From contig DATDOY010000248.1 of the NCBI GenBank assembly GCA_035293045.1, positions 1 to 42,842 on the forward strand: a stretch of 42,842 nt of DNA, given 5' to 3'. The notes beneath the pieces are model-generated. The model had not been told where the DNA came from. It worked only from the letters and a program-made list of their open reading frames with translations, and made no database searches. This document shows, piece by piece, positions 1 through 10,539 of this stretch (its first letter is position 1; every line of letters begins with the position of its first letter). Both the position numbers and the translations under genes were made by a program. Source of the stretch: Acidimicrobiia bacterium (GTDB taxonomy: Bacteria > Actinomycetota > Acidimicrobiia > IMCC26256 > JACPCJ01).

Positions 1-173
1 GCGAGCACCTTCTCGAGTTCGCGGACGTGGGCGCGGAGTTCCCCCTTCACGCTGAGGAACTCCGCGCCCTCGATGGTGGCGATGTGGTGCACGTACTGGA
101 TCACCGACTGGTACTCCGTCCGCAGATCCTCATTGAGGAGCTGGACGAACGTGTCCCGGTCGATGTCGGCCAC
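1..173 (-). CDS. ferritin-like (bacterioferritin/Dps superfamily) protein, N-terminal fragment; gene runs off the left edge
   Basis: Reverse-strand reading from GTG at 171-173 gives VADIDRDTFVQLLNEDLRTEYQSVIQYVHHIATIEGAEFLSVKGELRAHVRELEKVL, which looks like helices A/B of a ferritin-like four-helix bundle. It is open at the window edge, so it is absent from the ORF track. It starts 4 nt after the stop of the upstream gene. Confidence 0.5.
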   Translation of the reverse strand, partial: MADIDRDTFVQLLNEDLRTEYQSVIQYVHHIATIEGAEFLSVKGELRAHVRELEKVL

Positions 174-177
174 TGGG

Positions 178-441
178 CTAGGCGCGGCTCGTCCGACGGA
201 TTTCGTGATCGGTCAGCTCGCCGTTGTGCTCTCGGATGAGTTCCGATTGCTCTACCCGGCGCTCGCGTCCGAACGGCGCCCACGACGCCCAGAACAGGGC
301 CGAGAGCAGGAACCCGACTGCGGCCACGATCATCAGAATGACGCCGATGGCGTCGAGATTAATCCCGTCGACGTCGGTTTCGACGCCATAAACCAACACC
401 GCGCCGAGGGCGAACAACACAATGCTCGTCCCAAATGCCAT
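178..441 (-). CDS. small two-helix membrane protein (DUF6458-like)
   Basis: Lies within ORF 178..498. The internal ATG at 439-441 is preceded by a GGGAGA Shine-Dalgarno. MAFGTSIVLFALGAVLVYGV...GVILMIVAAVGFLLSALFW gives two hydrophobic helices followed by a charged tail. Confidence 0.6.
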   Translation of the reverse strand: MAFGTSIVLFALGAVLVYGVETDVDGINLDAIGVILMIVAAVGFLLSALFWASWAPFGRERRVEQSELIREHNGELTDHEIRRTSRA

Positions 442-588
442 GACAACGTCTCCCTTTTCGGTCGATGGGTGCGGTGGTTGCTGCACCCAGACCTTCAAGT
501 ACCCGTCGTTCCATCCAGCCGAAACGTTCCCGGCGTCGCGCGGCGGCGCATTTGGGTGTTTCGGCGGGTACGGGGTCCCGCGCCGTCC

Positions 589-963
589 TCAGTTGGCGGC
601 GAGTCGAACGGCCTGCGGGAGGAGGTCGAAGTCTTCTTTGGCCAGGCAGACGCGAATCCCCGCCTCCTCGGCGGCTCGCGCGCGCAGCTCCGGTGTGAGG
701 TAGGCCGAAAAGAGGACGAAGCGCTGAAAGGGCCGACGCTCGACGATTCGCGCGGCGGCGTCGACCCCGCACATTCCGGGCATGGCTTCGTCGATGATGA
801 TCACGTGCGGGTCGCACGCTTCGAGCCGCTCGAGCGCTTCGAGGCCGTTGGTCGCTTCACAGCCGACGACGATCCCTTCATCGGCCGTCTCGAGGATCAC
901 TCGGACGAGGGCGCGCATATCAGATTGGTCGTCGACGATCATGCAGCGTTGGTCGTGGTTCAC
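589..963 (-). CDS. stand-alone response-regulator receiver (CheY-like) protein
   Basis: 124 aa. Canonical receiver residues are visible: MIVDDQSD (acidic pair), VIIIDEAMPG (phospho-Asp), LFSAY (Ser/Thr), CLAKED (Lys). No output domain. Start is ambiguous (GTG 963 or ATG 942). Confidence 0.8.
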   Translation of the reverse strand: MNHDQRCMIVDDQSDMRALVRVILETADEGIVVGCEATNGLEALERLEACDPHVIIIDEAMPGMCGVDAAARIVERRPFQRFVLFSAYLTPELRARAAEEAGIRVCLAKEDFDLLPQAVRLAAN

Positions 964-1037
964 GCGGCGACCGTACGCGAAGACTCGCTCCGCCGGGATG
1001 GCCCGCTCGGATCATTCGTGTGCATGCTCCGACGCGG

Positions 1038-1056
1038 GCGCGCTACATCAGCGCGC
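1038..1056 (-). terminator. short GC hairpin just downstream of cysH
   Basis: GCGCGCT-ACATC-AGCGCGC, a 7-bp stem and 5-nt loop, 9 nt beyond the cysH stop. No U tract. Confidence 0.3.
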
Positions 1057-1064
1057 ACAACGCG

Positions 1065-1754
1065 CTACTCGTTGATCCCGCACTCCAGCTTGTCGGTACC
1101 GCGCCAGCGGCCGGACCGGGGATCGTCGCCCGGGGCCACCGGGCTCGTGCAGGGCCAGCACCCAATCGAGGGATAGCCCCTCGTCGTCAGCGGGTGCACG
1201 AGCAGATCGTGGTCGCGGACGTAGCCGTCGACGTCGGCGGCCGTCCACGCGGCGAGGGGATTGACCTTCACGAGGCCGCGCTGCTCATCCCAGTGCACGA
1301 CGGCGGTACCCGCGCGCGTCGGCGACTCGTCGCGCCGGAGTCCACTTATCCACGCCGCCCGCCCGCTGAGCGCGCGGTTGAGGGGCTCGACCTTCCGGGC
1401 GGCACAGCACGCATCGACGTCGGTCTTCCACAGGTCGTCGGGGGCGACGAGCGGGTCCATGACGGTCACGCTGAGGTCGTACCGACGCTTGACCTGGTCT
1501 ACGTACCACAGCGTCTCGGCGAAGTGGTACTGCGTGTCGAGGAACACGACCTCGATGTCGGGGACCACTCCAACGGCGATGTCGATGAGGACGGCGTCCT
1601 GGAACGACGCGGCGAGGACGAGGCCGGTGCCGAAACGGTCGGCTGCCCACCGCACGATCTGACCAGCCGGCGCCCCTTCGAGCTCCCGCGCATGGGCGGC
1701 GATTTCCCGGAGGTCGATGGCGCGCGGGCGCACAGCGATGGGCTGTTCGGTCAT
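1065..1754 (-). CDS. cysH: adenosine 5'-phosphosulfate (APS)/PAPS reductase, Fe-S type
   Basis: 229 aa. Contains the CC...CxxC cluster cysteines (DACCAARKVEPL, IGCWPCT) and the C-terminal ECGI motif typical of APS reductases. Sits directly downstream of sulfite reductase. Confidence 0.9.
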   Translation of the reverse strand: MTEQPIAVRPRAIDLREIAAHARELEGAPAGQIVRWAADRFGTGLVLAASFQDAVLIDIAVGVVPDIEVVFLDTQYHFAETLWYVDQVKRRYDLSVTVMDPLVAPDDLWKTDVDACCAARKVEPLNRALSGRAAWISGLRRDESPTRAGTAVVHWDEQRGLVKVNPLAAWTAADVDGYVRDHDLLVHPLTTRGYPSIGCWPCTSPVAPGDDPRSGRWRGTDKLECGINE

Positions 1755-1781
1755 TGCGACGTCACGATCCGTGCGCCGACG

Positions 1782-3620
1782 TCAGGTCGCGCACTCGGAC
1801 GCGCCGACCACTGCCTCATACGGCCCGGTCTCGCCGAAGTCGACATAGAAGTCCGGCGAAACCTCGGGGTCGGGAAACTCGTCGAGGTCGGCGACAAGGG
1901 CACCGACCGCCTTGGCTCCGCCGGCGCGATCGACCCACTCGTGAAAGCGCTCGCCCGCCTGCCGGTCTTCGGCGAACTTCCCGACGATGCGCACGACGGC
2001 GGCGGCGGCGTTCTTGGCCGGGAGCTTTGCCGCCTTCTCGCCGAACTCGATCTGCTCGCGACCGACGCGTCCGCCGAGCAACATCTGGTAGCCGGGCGCC
2101 GATCGGCCGTGAGCGCGTCGTTCGAGGCCGTAGAACCCGATGGACGAGATGTGGTGCTGGCCGCACGAGTTGGTGCAGCCGGAGATATTGACGCTGACGT
2201 CGCCGACTTCCCCGAGGCCCGACTCCTCGAGGGCGCGGCCGATGTCGTCCGCGAGGCCCCGGCTCTGGGTGACGGCGAGGTTGCACGTGTCGGCGCCCGG
2301 GCAGGCGACGACGTCGCGCGCGAGCTGCGCGCCGGGTTCGGCCATGTCGAGGGCCCGGAGTCGCTCGCGGATCTGCGGGAGTTGCTCCTCGGTGACCTGG
2401 CGGAACACGAAGTTCTGCCGGTTCGTCACTCGCACCTCGAGATCGAAATCGCGAGCGATCGCAGCGACGCCTCGGAATTGATCGCCGGTGATGTCGCCGA
2501 GTCGGCAGAACGTATTGACGCTCACCGTCCCGTTGGCGCTCCCGCGCACGACGTTCGCCTCGTCCCAGCGGGTGTCGGGGTCGGTCGACCGGAGCTTGAC
2601 GATCACGCCATCGAGCGGCCGGGGCTGAACGGCGCCCATCCCGGCCGGCGCGTCGCCGACCTCGAGGACGTGCTGGGGGATGCCGCCGGGGAAGTTGGCC
2701 GTCCCGATCAGGAACCGGCGCTCCTTTTTGATGCGCTCCCGCAGTTCGTCGGCGCCCATGCTGTCGACGAGCCACTTGAGACGCGCCCGAAGCTTGTTGT
2801 CGCGGTTGCCGTAGTGGTCGAAGGTGCGCAGCACCGCTTCGAGCGTGGGGAGAAGGTCTTCGCGAGCCGTGAACTCCTCGAGAGCGATGGCCGGATGCGG
2901 GTTGGCGCCGAGGCCGCCGGCGAGGAACACGCGAAACCCGGGCTCGATCGATCCGTCTTCGCGCTTGCGCGCGGCGGCGATGACGCCGACGTCGTTGAAC
3001 ATCGCCTGACCGCAGTCGGTGTCGCAGCCCGAGAAGTTGATCTTGAACTTCCGGGGAAGCCGCTGGCCGTAGGGGTGGCGGAGGAAGTGCTCCGTGGTGG
3101 CTTGCGCCCAGGGGGTGATGTCGAGGATCTCGAATGGGCACGCGCCGGCGAGATGGCACCCCATCACGTTGCGAACCGTGTCGCCGCACGCCTCTCGGGT
3201 CGTCAGACCGACCACGGCGAGATCGCGCATGAGGTCGGCGACTTCGGACAGTTCGACGAAATGGAACTGGACGTTCTGTCGGGTGGTGATGTGGCCCCAG
3301 CCGCGGGAGTACCGCTCGCCGAGGTAGCCGAGCATCTCGAGCTGTTCGGGGCTGAGGCGACCGTGAGGGACCTTCACACGCACCATTTGGCTGGTGCCGC
3401 CCTGGCGTTGGCCATAGATGCCGTTGTTCAAGCGGAAGACGCGGAAGACGTCGTCGTCGAGTTCGCCTTCGAGGAAGCGCTTGGCGTTTCTAGCGAAGGT
3501 GGCGATCTCCTTTTCCACCACCGGATCGAGGGCGCGCTCACGCAGCTCGTTGACGTCGATGGTCTGACGGACCTTCGCTTGTGCGGGTGTTGGATTGATC
3601 TGCGTGACGTCGACGGCCAT
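1782..3620 (-). CDS. sirA: ferredoxin-dependent sulfite reductase (siroheme/[4Fe-4S] NirA/SirA family)
   Basis: Lies within ORF 1782..3746. The ATG at 3618-3620 gives MAVDVTQINPT..., 612 aa. Nitrite/sulfite reductase repeats with Cys motifs ACGDTVRNVMGC and VNISGCTNSCGQHH. Adjacent to cysH. Confidence 0.9.
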   Translation of the reverse strand: MAVDVTQINPTPAQAKVRQTIDVNELRERALDPVVEKEIATFARNAKRFLEGELDDDVFRVFRLNNGIYGQRQGGTSQMVRVKVPHGRLSPEQLEMLGYLGERYSRGWGHITTRQNVQFHFVELSEVADLMRDLAVVGLTTREACGDTVRNVMGCHLAGACPFEILDITPWAQATTEHFLRHPYGQRLPRKFKINFSGCDTDCGQAMFNDVGVIAAARKREDGSIEPGFRVFLAGGLGANPHPAIALEEFTAREDLLPTLEAVLRTFDHYGNRDNKLRARLKWLVDSMGADELRERIKKERRFLIGTANFPGGIPQHVLEVGDAPAGMGAVQPRPLDGVIVKLRSTDPDTRWDEANVVRGSANGTVSVNTFCRLGDITGDQFRGVAAIARDFDLEVRVTNRQNFVFRQVTEEQLPQIRERLRALDMAEPGAQLARDVVACPGADTCNLAVTQSRGLADDIGRALEESGLGEVGDVSVNISGCTNSCGQHHISSIGFYGLERRAHGRSAPGYQMLLGGRVGREQIEFGEKAAKLPAKNAAAAVVRIVGKFAEDRQAGERFHEWVDRAGGAKAVGALVADLDEFPDPEVSPDFYVDFGETGPYEAVVGASECAT

Positions 3621-3775
3621 GGCCGACCCCCAAGGAGCTGCGGCTTCCAGGCACGCTCGCCGAATGACGGCGACGCCCGCTCCGGAACTTCCCGACCAGG
3701 CTACCGCTGGTCTGGCTAAAAGTCTACCTGTTAGGTCGGATTTCACGACCCAGCCCCGCCGTCCCCCTAATGCCG

Positions 3776-3822
3776 AACTTTGTTTCTCTACCTCGCATTA
3801 CGGTGAGCAGAGAAACAAAGTT
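3776..3822 (-). terminator. AT-rich perfect hairpin 15 nt after the proS stop (putative proS terminator and/or sirA upstream element)
   Basis: AACTTTGTTTCTCT (3776-3789), a 19-nt loop, then AGAGAAACAAAGTT (3809-3822). The 14-bp inverted repeat is perfect. Arm GC is about 29% in a ~70% GC genome. No U tract follows on the minus strand. Confidence 0.45.
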
Positions 3823-3836
3823 GGGAGGGGGGGCTC

Positions 3837-5273
3837 TCAATAGGCGCGGGCGACGATGGCGACGAGGTCCGGGGCCTCGCCGGGGTCGTCGGTCTCGGCC
3901 ACGGTCCCGTCGGGGTTGACGAGGCAACGCACGCTCACTCCGTCCTCCGCGAGGCGCTGCTCGCCGGTGCGGCCGTCGACCTCGTCGCACAGCACCCGCC
4001 ACGGAAGGCGAGCGAATCCGGACTTGGCGGCTTCGGCGGCTTCCTCAATCGTCGAGACCTCGGCCGTGCGGGCATCCGCAAACGCTTGCGCTTCGTCGAA
4101 CAGTGCAGCGTGGACAGCGTCGAGCATCTCGGTGACGCGTGCGGCGGCCTCTCCCACCGGCACCGGGATTTTCGACCCGTCGTGACGCCGCACGATGGTC
4201 ACGTTGCCCTCGGCAAGATCGCGCGGGCCGAGTTCGACCCGGACCGGAACGCCCTTCAGTTCCCACTCGGTTGACCGGCGCCCGAACGACTGGTCGGTTC
4301 GCAGATCGACCTCGGCCCGGATGCCCGAGCCCTGCAAAGCAGCCACGAGCCGCTGCCCCTCCTCGCCCGCGCCGTCTTCGTCGCGTACCACGAGCACCAC
4401 GACCTGGATCGGGGCCAACCGGGGAGGAAGGCGCAGTCCTTGATCGTCGCCGTGGGCCATGATCAGCGCGCCGACCATTCGGGTCGTCACTCCCCAAGAG
4501 GTCTGCCACGCGAACTGCTGTTGACCCTCCTCGTCGAGAAATTGGGTGCCGAACATCCGCGAGAAGTTCTGCCCCAGCTCGTGGCTCGTGCCCATCTGGA
4601 GCGCCTTCCCGTCGCGCATCATCGCCTCCCCCGTCATCGAGTTGATCGCCCCGGGGAATCGCTCGGAGGGAGGCTTGCGGCCCACGATCACCGGCACCGC
4701 CATCACGTTGACCCAGAAGTCCTCGTACACGTCGTGGAGGATCTGCCGCGCGTATGCCGACGCATCCTGCTGCGTGGCGTGCGCCGTGTGCCCCTCCTGC
4801 CAGAGAAACTCGGTCGTCCGCAGGAAGATCCTGGGGCGCAGCTCCCAGCGCACGACGTTGCACCATTGGTTGAGGAGCAGGGGAAGGTCCCGATAGCTCT
4901 GCACCCACTTGGCAAAGTAGTGGTTGATGATCGTCTCGCTCGTCGGACGCACGACGACGGGCTCCTCGAGCTCCTTGCCCCCTCCATGGGTGACCACCGC
5001 GAGCTCAGGTGCGAAGCCGGCAACGTGCTCCGCTTCCTTCTCAAGGAACGAAAGCGGGATGAACAGGGGGAAGTACGCATTCTCGGCACCCGTCGCCTTG
5101 ATGCGATCGTCGACGCCGCGCTGCATTCGCTCCCAGAGGGCGTAGGCGTACGGCCGGATGACCATGGTGCCCCGCACGGGGCCGTTGTCGGCGAGCTCCG
5201 CCTTGTTGAGGACATCCTGATACCAACGGGGGAAATCGTCGGCCTGGGGGGTGAGGATCGGAGCCTTCGCCAT
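3837..5273 (-). CDS. proS: prolyl-tRNA synthetase, archaeal/eukaryote-like short form without INS editing domain
   Basis: Lies within ORF 3837..5882. The ATG at 5271-5273 gives MAKAPILTPQADDFPRWYQDVL..., 478 aa. Class II core motifs are present (RPTSET, FLRTTEFLWQEGHTAH, GTSHELGQNF). The protein ends in ...ARAY; a C-terminal Tyr is the hallmark of this ProRS type. Confidence 0.9.
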   Translation of the reverse strand: MAKAPILTPQADDFPRWYQDVLNKAELADNGPVRGTMVIRPYAYALWERMQRGVDDRIKATGAENAYFPLFIPLSFLEKEAEHVAGFAPELAVVTHGGGKELEEPVVVRPTSETIINHYFAKWVQSYRDLPLLLNQWCNVVRWELRPRIFLRTTEFLWQEGHTAHATQQDASAYARQILHDVYEDFWVNVMAVPVIVGRKPPSERFPGAINSMTGEAMMRDGKALQMGTSHELGQNFSRMFGTQFLDEEGQQQFAWQTSWGVTTRMVGALIMAHGDDQGLRLPPRLAPIQVVVLVVRDEDGAGEEGQRLVAALQGSGIRAEVDLRTDQSFGRRSTEWELKGVPVRVELGPRDLAEGNVTIVRRHDGSKIPVPVGEAAARVTEMLDAVHAALFDEAQAFADARTAEVSTIEEAAEAAKSGFARLPWRVLCDEVDGRTGEQRLAEDGVSVRCLVNPDGTVAETDDPGEAPDLVAIVARAY

Positions 5274-5443
5274 GGACGGATCGTAATCACGCTCACCGGG
5301 GACCCCGGAGCGAAAACGCGCCGAGCCGCCGCCCTCTCGGTGCTTCTCTGCCGCCTCCGAAGCATGGCGAGCCGCCGCCATGCCTGACGAAGGCCGTTTG
5401 CAGTACCATGGATGCGCTCGTCGTAACAGGAAGGACCTGGTCG

Positions 5444-5470
5444 ACGTGGGCTCAACGCCCACGTTTTTTT
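5444..5470 (+). terminator. canonical intrinsic terminator (hairpin plus T7) in the proS/rimP divergent spacer
   Basis: ACGTGGGC-TCAAC-GCCCACGT followed by TTTTTTT (T run 5464-5470). It lies about 100 nt upstream of the rimP start, and no + strand gene lies upstream of it. Confidence 0.6.
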
Positions 5471-5572
5471 GTGGCCCGGTACCGGGTCGCCGACGAGCGC
5501 GGCCAGCGTTCGAGACAGGTTCAGGCCACGATTGACCGAGGCCCGATGATCGAGGAAGGGAAGGGAGGGAAG

Positions 5573-6097
5573 ATGGACGTGCACGAGACGGTGAAGGCGG
5601 CTGTCGAGCCCCTCCTCGCCCCCCGAGGGATCGAACTGTTCGACGTCGAGATCGTCGGGGCCGGCAACGCCCGCGTGTTGCGCCTGTCGGTGGATCGTGA
5701 CGGTGGCGTCGACCTCGACACCATCGCCGAGGTGAGTCACCTGGTGTCACCCGTCCTCGACGCCGACGAGCTGATCGATGGTGCGTACACCCTCGAGGTT
5801 TCGAGTCCCGGCCTCGAGCGGCCGCTGCGCCTGCCCGCGCATTTCCGGCGCGTCGTCGGCCAAACGATCGCCGTGAAGACACACCGCGAGGTCGACGGCG
5901 AGCGCCGGCACCAAGGCGCGCTCGCCAACGTCGACGACGACGGCATCACGATCGATATCGCGGGCACCGAACGCCGCGTGCCGTTCGCCGACGTGGCGTC
6001 GGCCCGCACCGTGTTCGAGTGGGGGCCCGCGCCCAAGCCCGGCTCCGGCGCCAACAAGCGCCAGAAGAACCAACCCAAGAAGACGACGAGGGTCTAA
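5573..6097 (+). CDS. rimP: ribosome maturation factor RimP
   Basis: Lies within ORF 5408..6097. ATG at 5573 is preceded by GGGAGGGAAG. MDVHETVKAAVEPLLAPRGIELFDVE...LEVSSPGLERPL is typical RimP. Sits directly upstream of nusA. Confidence 0.9.
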   Translation: MDVHETVKAAVEPLLAPRGIELFDVEIVGAGNARVLRLSVDRDGGVDLDTIAEVSHLVSPVLDADELIDGAYTLEVSSPGLERPLRLPAHFRRVVGQTIAVKTHREVDGERRHQGALANVDDDGITIDIAGTERRVPFADVASARTVFEWGPAPKPGSGANKRQKNQPKKTTRV

Positions 6098-6102
6098 CGG
6101 TC

Positions 6103-7425
<1,323 letters not shown>

Positions 7426-7678
7426 ACCGCAGCGCACGTGTGTCGGTTGCCAACGCATCGCGGGGCAGTCGGGGCTCGTGCGAATTGTGCGGCGACCTGA
7501 TGGCTCGCTCGTGGCCGGGCGCCACGAAGCCGGCCGAGGGGCCTGGCTGTGCCAGGGGTCGCCGGAATGCTTCGAATTCGCCGTTCGGCGACGGGCGTTC
7601 GCACGGGTCTTCCGTGGGGGCGTTGCACCGGGGGCAATCGACGCGCTGCGTGAGAGACTGTTTCACTAGCGATTACCT

Positions 7679-10471
7679 ATGCCCAAGAAGATCAGGGTTT
7701 ACGAGCTGGCTCGCGAGCTGGGCGTCGAGAATGCCGACATTCTCACCCTCTCCGAAGAGCTGAAGATCGGGGTCAAGAGCCACTCCTCGAGCATCGAGGA
7801 GGCGCAGGCAGACCGCGTTCGTCGCCTCGCGCGCGAGAAGGGGATCGCCAAGTCGGTCGAGGAACTCGAGGAAGAGCGCAAGGCGGAAGAAGCTCGCAAG
7901 CGCGCCGAGGAGATCGCCAAGGGGGAGCGCAAGGTCATTCGTGCGGGGGGCGCCCCGAGCAAGGCCGCCGGCCCCGCAACGACGACAGAGGGAACGTCGC
8001 CGATTGTCGACGAGCCGTCGGCGCTCGCACCCGAGCCCGAGCCAACCCACCGAGTCATTCGCTCGACCGTGCAGACCGAGGCCGAGGTCCCTGAGCGCGC
8101 CGACGCCCCGAGCCCGGCGCCGGTCCGTGCGCCGGCGCCGACCGCGCCCACACCAGTGGCGCCGGCGTCTCCAGGCCGGGCCAACCCGCCGGCGCGGCCG
8201 TCGGTCGATCGCCCCGCTGTCGAGCGCCCCGCCGCCTCTGCGGCGCCCCCGGCTGCGCCCGAAGCGCCCACCGACGCCGACGCCGTCGACGGCGAGTCCG
8301 CGCGCACACCGCTTTCGTCAACCGGACGCCCCATCCCGCCGCCCCCCGGACTCGGCGGTCGCAAGATTCCGCCACCGCCACCGCGCGGCGGTCCGCGTAC
8401 TTCGGGCGGCCCGGGCGGTCCGCGTACTTCTGGCGGTCCCGGTGGCGGCCCGCGTCCCAGCGGAGGCGGCGGTCCCGGCGGAGGAGCCGGTGGTGGGTAT
8501 CGACCGAGCGGCCCTCCTGGCACGGGTCAGCGCCCCGGAGGCGGTCCTCCGCCCCCCGGCGGCGGACGGGGTCGGCCCGGCGGGCCTCCCGGTCGCAAGC
8601 GCAAGAAGCGTCGTCGGCGGCGCGAGGAGGAGTTGGAGCCGCAGCAGGCGACGACCTTCACGCCGGAAGACGCGCCCGTCCCCGAAGGCGAGATCGTCAT
8701 TGAGCGCGGCATCACCCCACAGGAGTACGCGCCCAAGCTGAATCGCACGTCGGCCGACATCGTGCGCCTGCTCATGCAGGCGGGCGAGATGGTGACCGCA
8801 ACGCAGTCGCTGAGCGACGAGATGATCGAACTCATCGCCGACGAGCTCGGCGCGGAGATCCTGCTCGTCAACGCCGGGCAGGAGGAAGAGGTCGAGCTGC
8901 AGGCGCTGTTGTCGGTCGACGATGACGACGACGAGGACGACGCGCTCCTCGAGTGGCGCCCTCCGGTCGTCACCGTCATGGGACACGTCGACCACGGCAA
9001 GACGCTTCTCCTCGACAAGATCCGTTCCGCGAACGTGGTGGCGCAGGAGGCCGGCGGCATCACCCAGCACATCGGCGCCTACCAAGTCGAGCGCGACGGC
9101 AAGAAGATGACGTTCATCGACACCCCGGGTCACGAGGCCTTCACGGCCATGCGGGCCCGTGGTGCTGAGGCAACCGACATCGCCGTGCTCGTCGTGGCGG
9201 GCGACGACGGCGTGATGCCGCAGACGGTCGAGGCGCTCAACCACGCCAAGGCCGCCGACGTGCCGATCATCGTCGCCATCAACAAGGTCGATCGCGAGGA
9301 CGCCGACCCGCAACGCGTGCGCCAGCAGCTCAGCGAGCACGGGCTCATCCCCGAGGAGTGGGGCGGCGAGACCGTCATGAACGAGGTGTCGGCGATGACC
9401 GGCGCGGGCATCGACGAACTGCTCGAGTCGATCCTCCTCGTCGCCGAGGTCGAAGAACTCGTGGCCAACCCGAAGGTGCCGGCCCGCGCCGTGGTGCTCG
9501 AGGCCAACCTCGATCCCGGCCGCGGCCCCCTCGCCACGGTCATCGTGGAGCGGGGAACGCTGCGGGTTGGTGACCCCGTGGTCGCCGGGGCAGCGTGGGG
9601 ACGCGTGCGGGCGCTCGTCGATGATCGCGGTGGGCGCATCGACGATGCCGGCCCCTCGACGCCCGTCGAGGTCATGGGCTTCGAGGAAGTTCCGACGGCG
9701 GGTGACGAACTCCGTGTCGCACCCGACGAGAAGACGGCCCGCACGGTGGCGGAAGCCCGTGGCCGCCGCCGTCGCCACGCCCAACTTGTCGGCACGATCT
9801 CGGTCACCGGTGGCGGCGCCCGACTCGAGGACATCTTCAGCCAGATTCAGGCGGGCGAAGTCGCCAGCCTCAACCTGATCCTCAAGGCCGACGTGCAGGG
9901 CAGCCTCGAAGCCATCACCGAGGCCCTCCGCCGGCTCGAGCGCGACGAAGTGAAACTCAACTTCGTGCACCGCGGGGTCGGCGGGATCACCGAGAGCGAC
10001 GTCACCCTCGCGGCGGCCTCCTCGGCCACCATCATCGGGTTCAACGTGCGGCCCGACCGGATCGCCCGCGAGCTCGCCGAGCAGGACGATGTCGAGATCC
10101 GCCTCTACGAGGTCATCTACAAGGCCATCGAAGAGGTCGAAGCCGCCATGCTCGGCATGCTCGAGCCCGAATTCGAAGAGGTGGTCACTGGCGAAGCCGA
10201 GGTGCGCGAGATCTTCGGGATCCCGCGGGTCGGCAAGGTTGCGGGGTGTTACGTCACCAACGGGGTGATCAAGCGTGGAGACAAGGTCCGCTTCCTCCGC
10301 GACGGCGTCGTCATCTGGAACGGCGAGATCTCGTCGCTGAAGCGGTTCAAGGAGGACGCGCGCGAGGTGGCGTCGGGCTACGAGTGCGGAATTGGGCTCT
10401 CCGACTTCCAGGACCTCAAGGCCGGCGACGTCATCGAGACCTACGAGAACCGCGAGATCGCCCGCACCTGA
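7679..10471 (+). CDS. infB: translation initiation factor IF-2
   Basis: 930 aa. N-terminus [16 protein letters not shown], a long Pro/Gly/Ala-rich linker, G-domain motifs [13 protein letters not shown] and NKVD, and the C-terminal IF2 domains. Confidence 0.97.
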   Translation: MPKKIRVYELARELGVENADILTLSEELKIGVKSHSSSIEEAQADRVRRLAREKGIAKSVEELEEERKAEEARKRAEEIAKGERKVIRAGGAPSKAAGPATTTEGTSPIVDEPSALAPEPEPTHRVIRSTVQTEAEVPERADAPSPAPVRAPAPTAPTPVAPASPGRANPPARPSVDRPAVERPAASAAPPAAPEAPTDADAVDGESARTPLSSTGRPIPPPPGLGGRKIPPPPPRGGPRTSGGPGGPRTSGGPGGGPRPSGGGGPGGGAGGGYRPSGPPGTGQRPGGGPPPPGGGRGRPGGPPGRKRKKRRRRREEELEPQQATTFTPEDAPVPEGEIVIERGITPQEYAPKLNRTSADIVRLLMQAGEMVTATQSLSDEMIELIADELGAEILLVNAGQEEEVELQALLSVDDDDDEDDALLEWRPPVVTVMGHVDHGKTLLLDKIRSANVVAQEAGGITQHIGAYQVERDGKKMTFIDTPGHEAFTAMRARGAEATDIAVLVVAGDDGVMPQTVEALNHAKAADVPIIVAINKVDREDADPQRVRQQLSEHGLIPEEWGGETVMNEVSAMTGAGIDELLESILLVAEVEELVANPKVPARAVVLEANLDPGRGPLATVIVERGTLRVGDPVVAGAAWGRVRALVDDRGGRIDDAGPSTPVEVMGFEEVPTAGDELRVAPDEKTARTVAEARGRRRRHAQLVGTISVTGGGARLEDIFSQIQAGEVASLNLILKADVQGSLEAITEALRRLERDEVKLNFVHRGVGGITESDVTLAAASSATIIGFNVRPDRIARELAEQDDVEIRLYEVIYKAIEEVEAAMLGMLEPEFEEVVTGEAEVREIFGIPRVGKVAGCYVTNGVIKRGDKVRFLRDGVVIWNGEISSLKRFKEDAREVASGYECGIGLSDFQDLKAGDVIETYENREIART
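8387..8440 (+). repeat. 27-nt in-frame tandem repeat inside the infB linker (GGPRTSGGP x2)
   Basis: GGCGGTCCGCGTACTTCGGGCGGCCCG followed by GGCGGTCCGCGTACTTCTGGCGGTCCC, 24/27 identical. A degenerate third unit follows. Confidence 0.6.
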
Positions 10472-10484
10472 GTCCGCCTGGTGA

Positions 10485-10526
10485 GTGTGAGTGCTGGCCC
10501 GGCGTGAGCCGGGCCAGCACTCACAC
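10485..10526. terminator. 19-bp perfect hairpin between convergent infB and the permease gene (bidirectional terminator candidate)
   Basis: GTGTGAGTGCTGGCCCGGC-GTGA-GCCGGGCCAGCACTCACAC. It lies 14 nt after the infB stop and 14 nt before the stop of the minus-strand gene. No T tract. Confidence 0.7.
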
Positions 10527-10539
10527 CGCTCGCGTGGGA

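Noticed and set aside
1020-3719. 899-aa ORF on the plus strand
   Set aside because: It is antisense to cysH and sirA and contains no recognisable motifs. This is a high-GC artefact.
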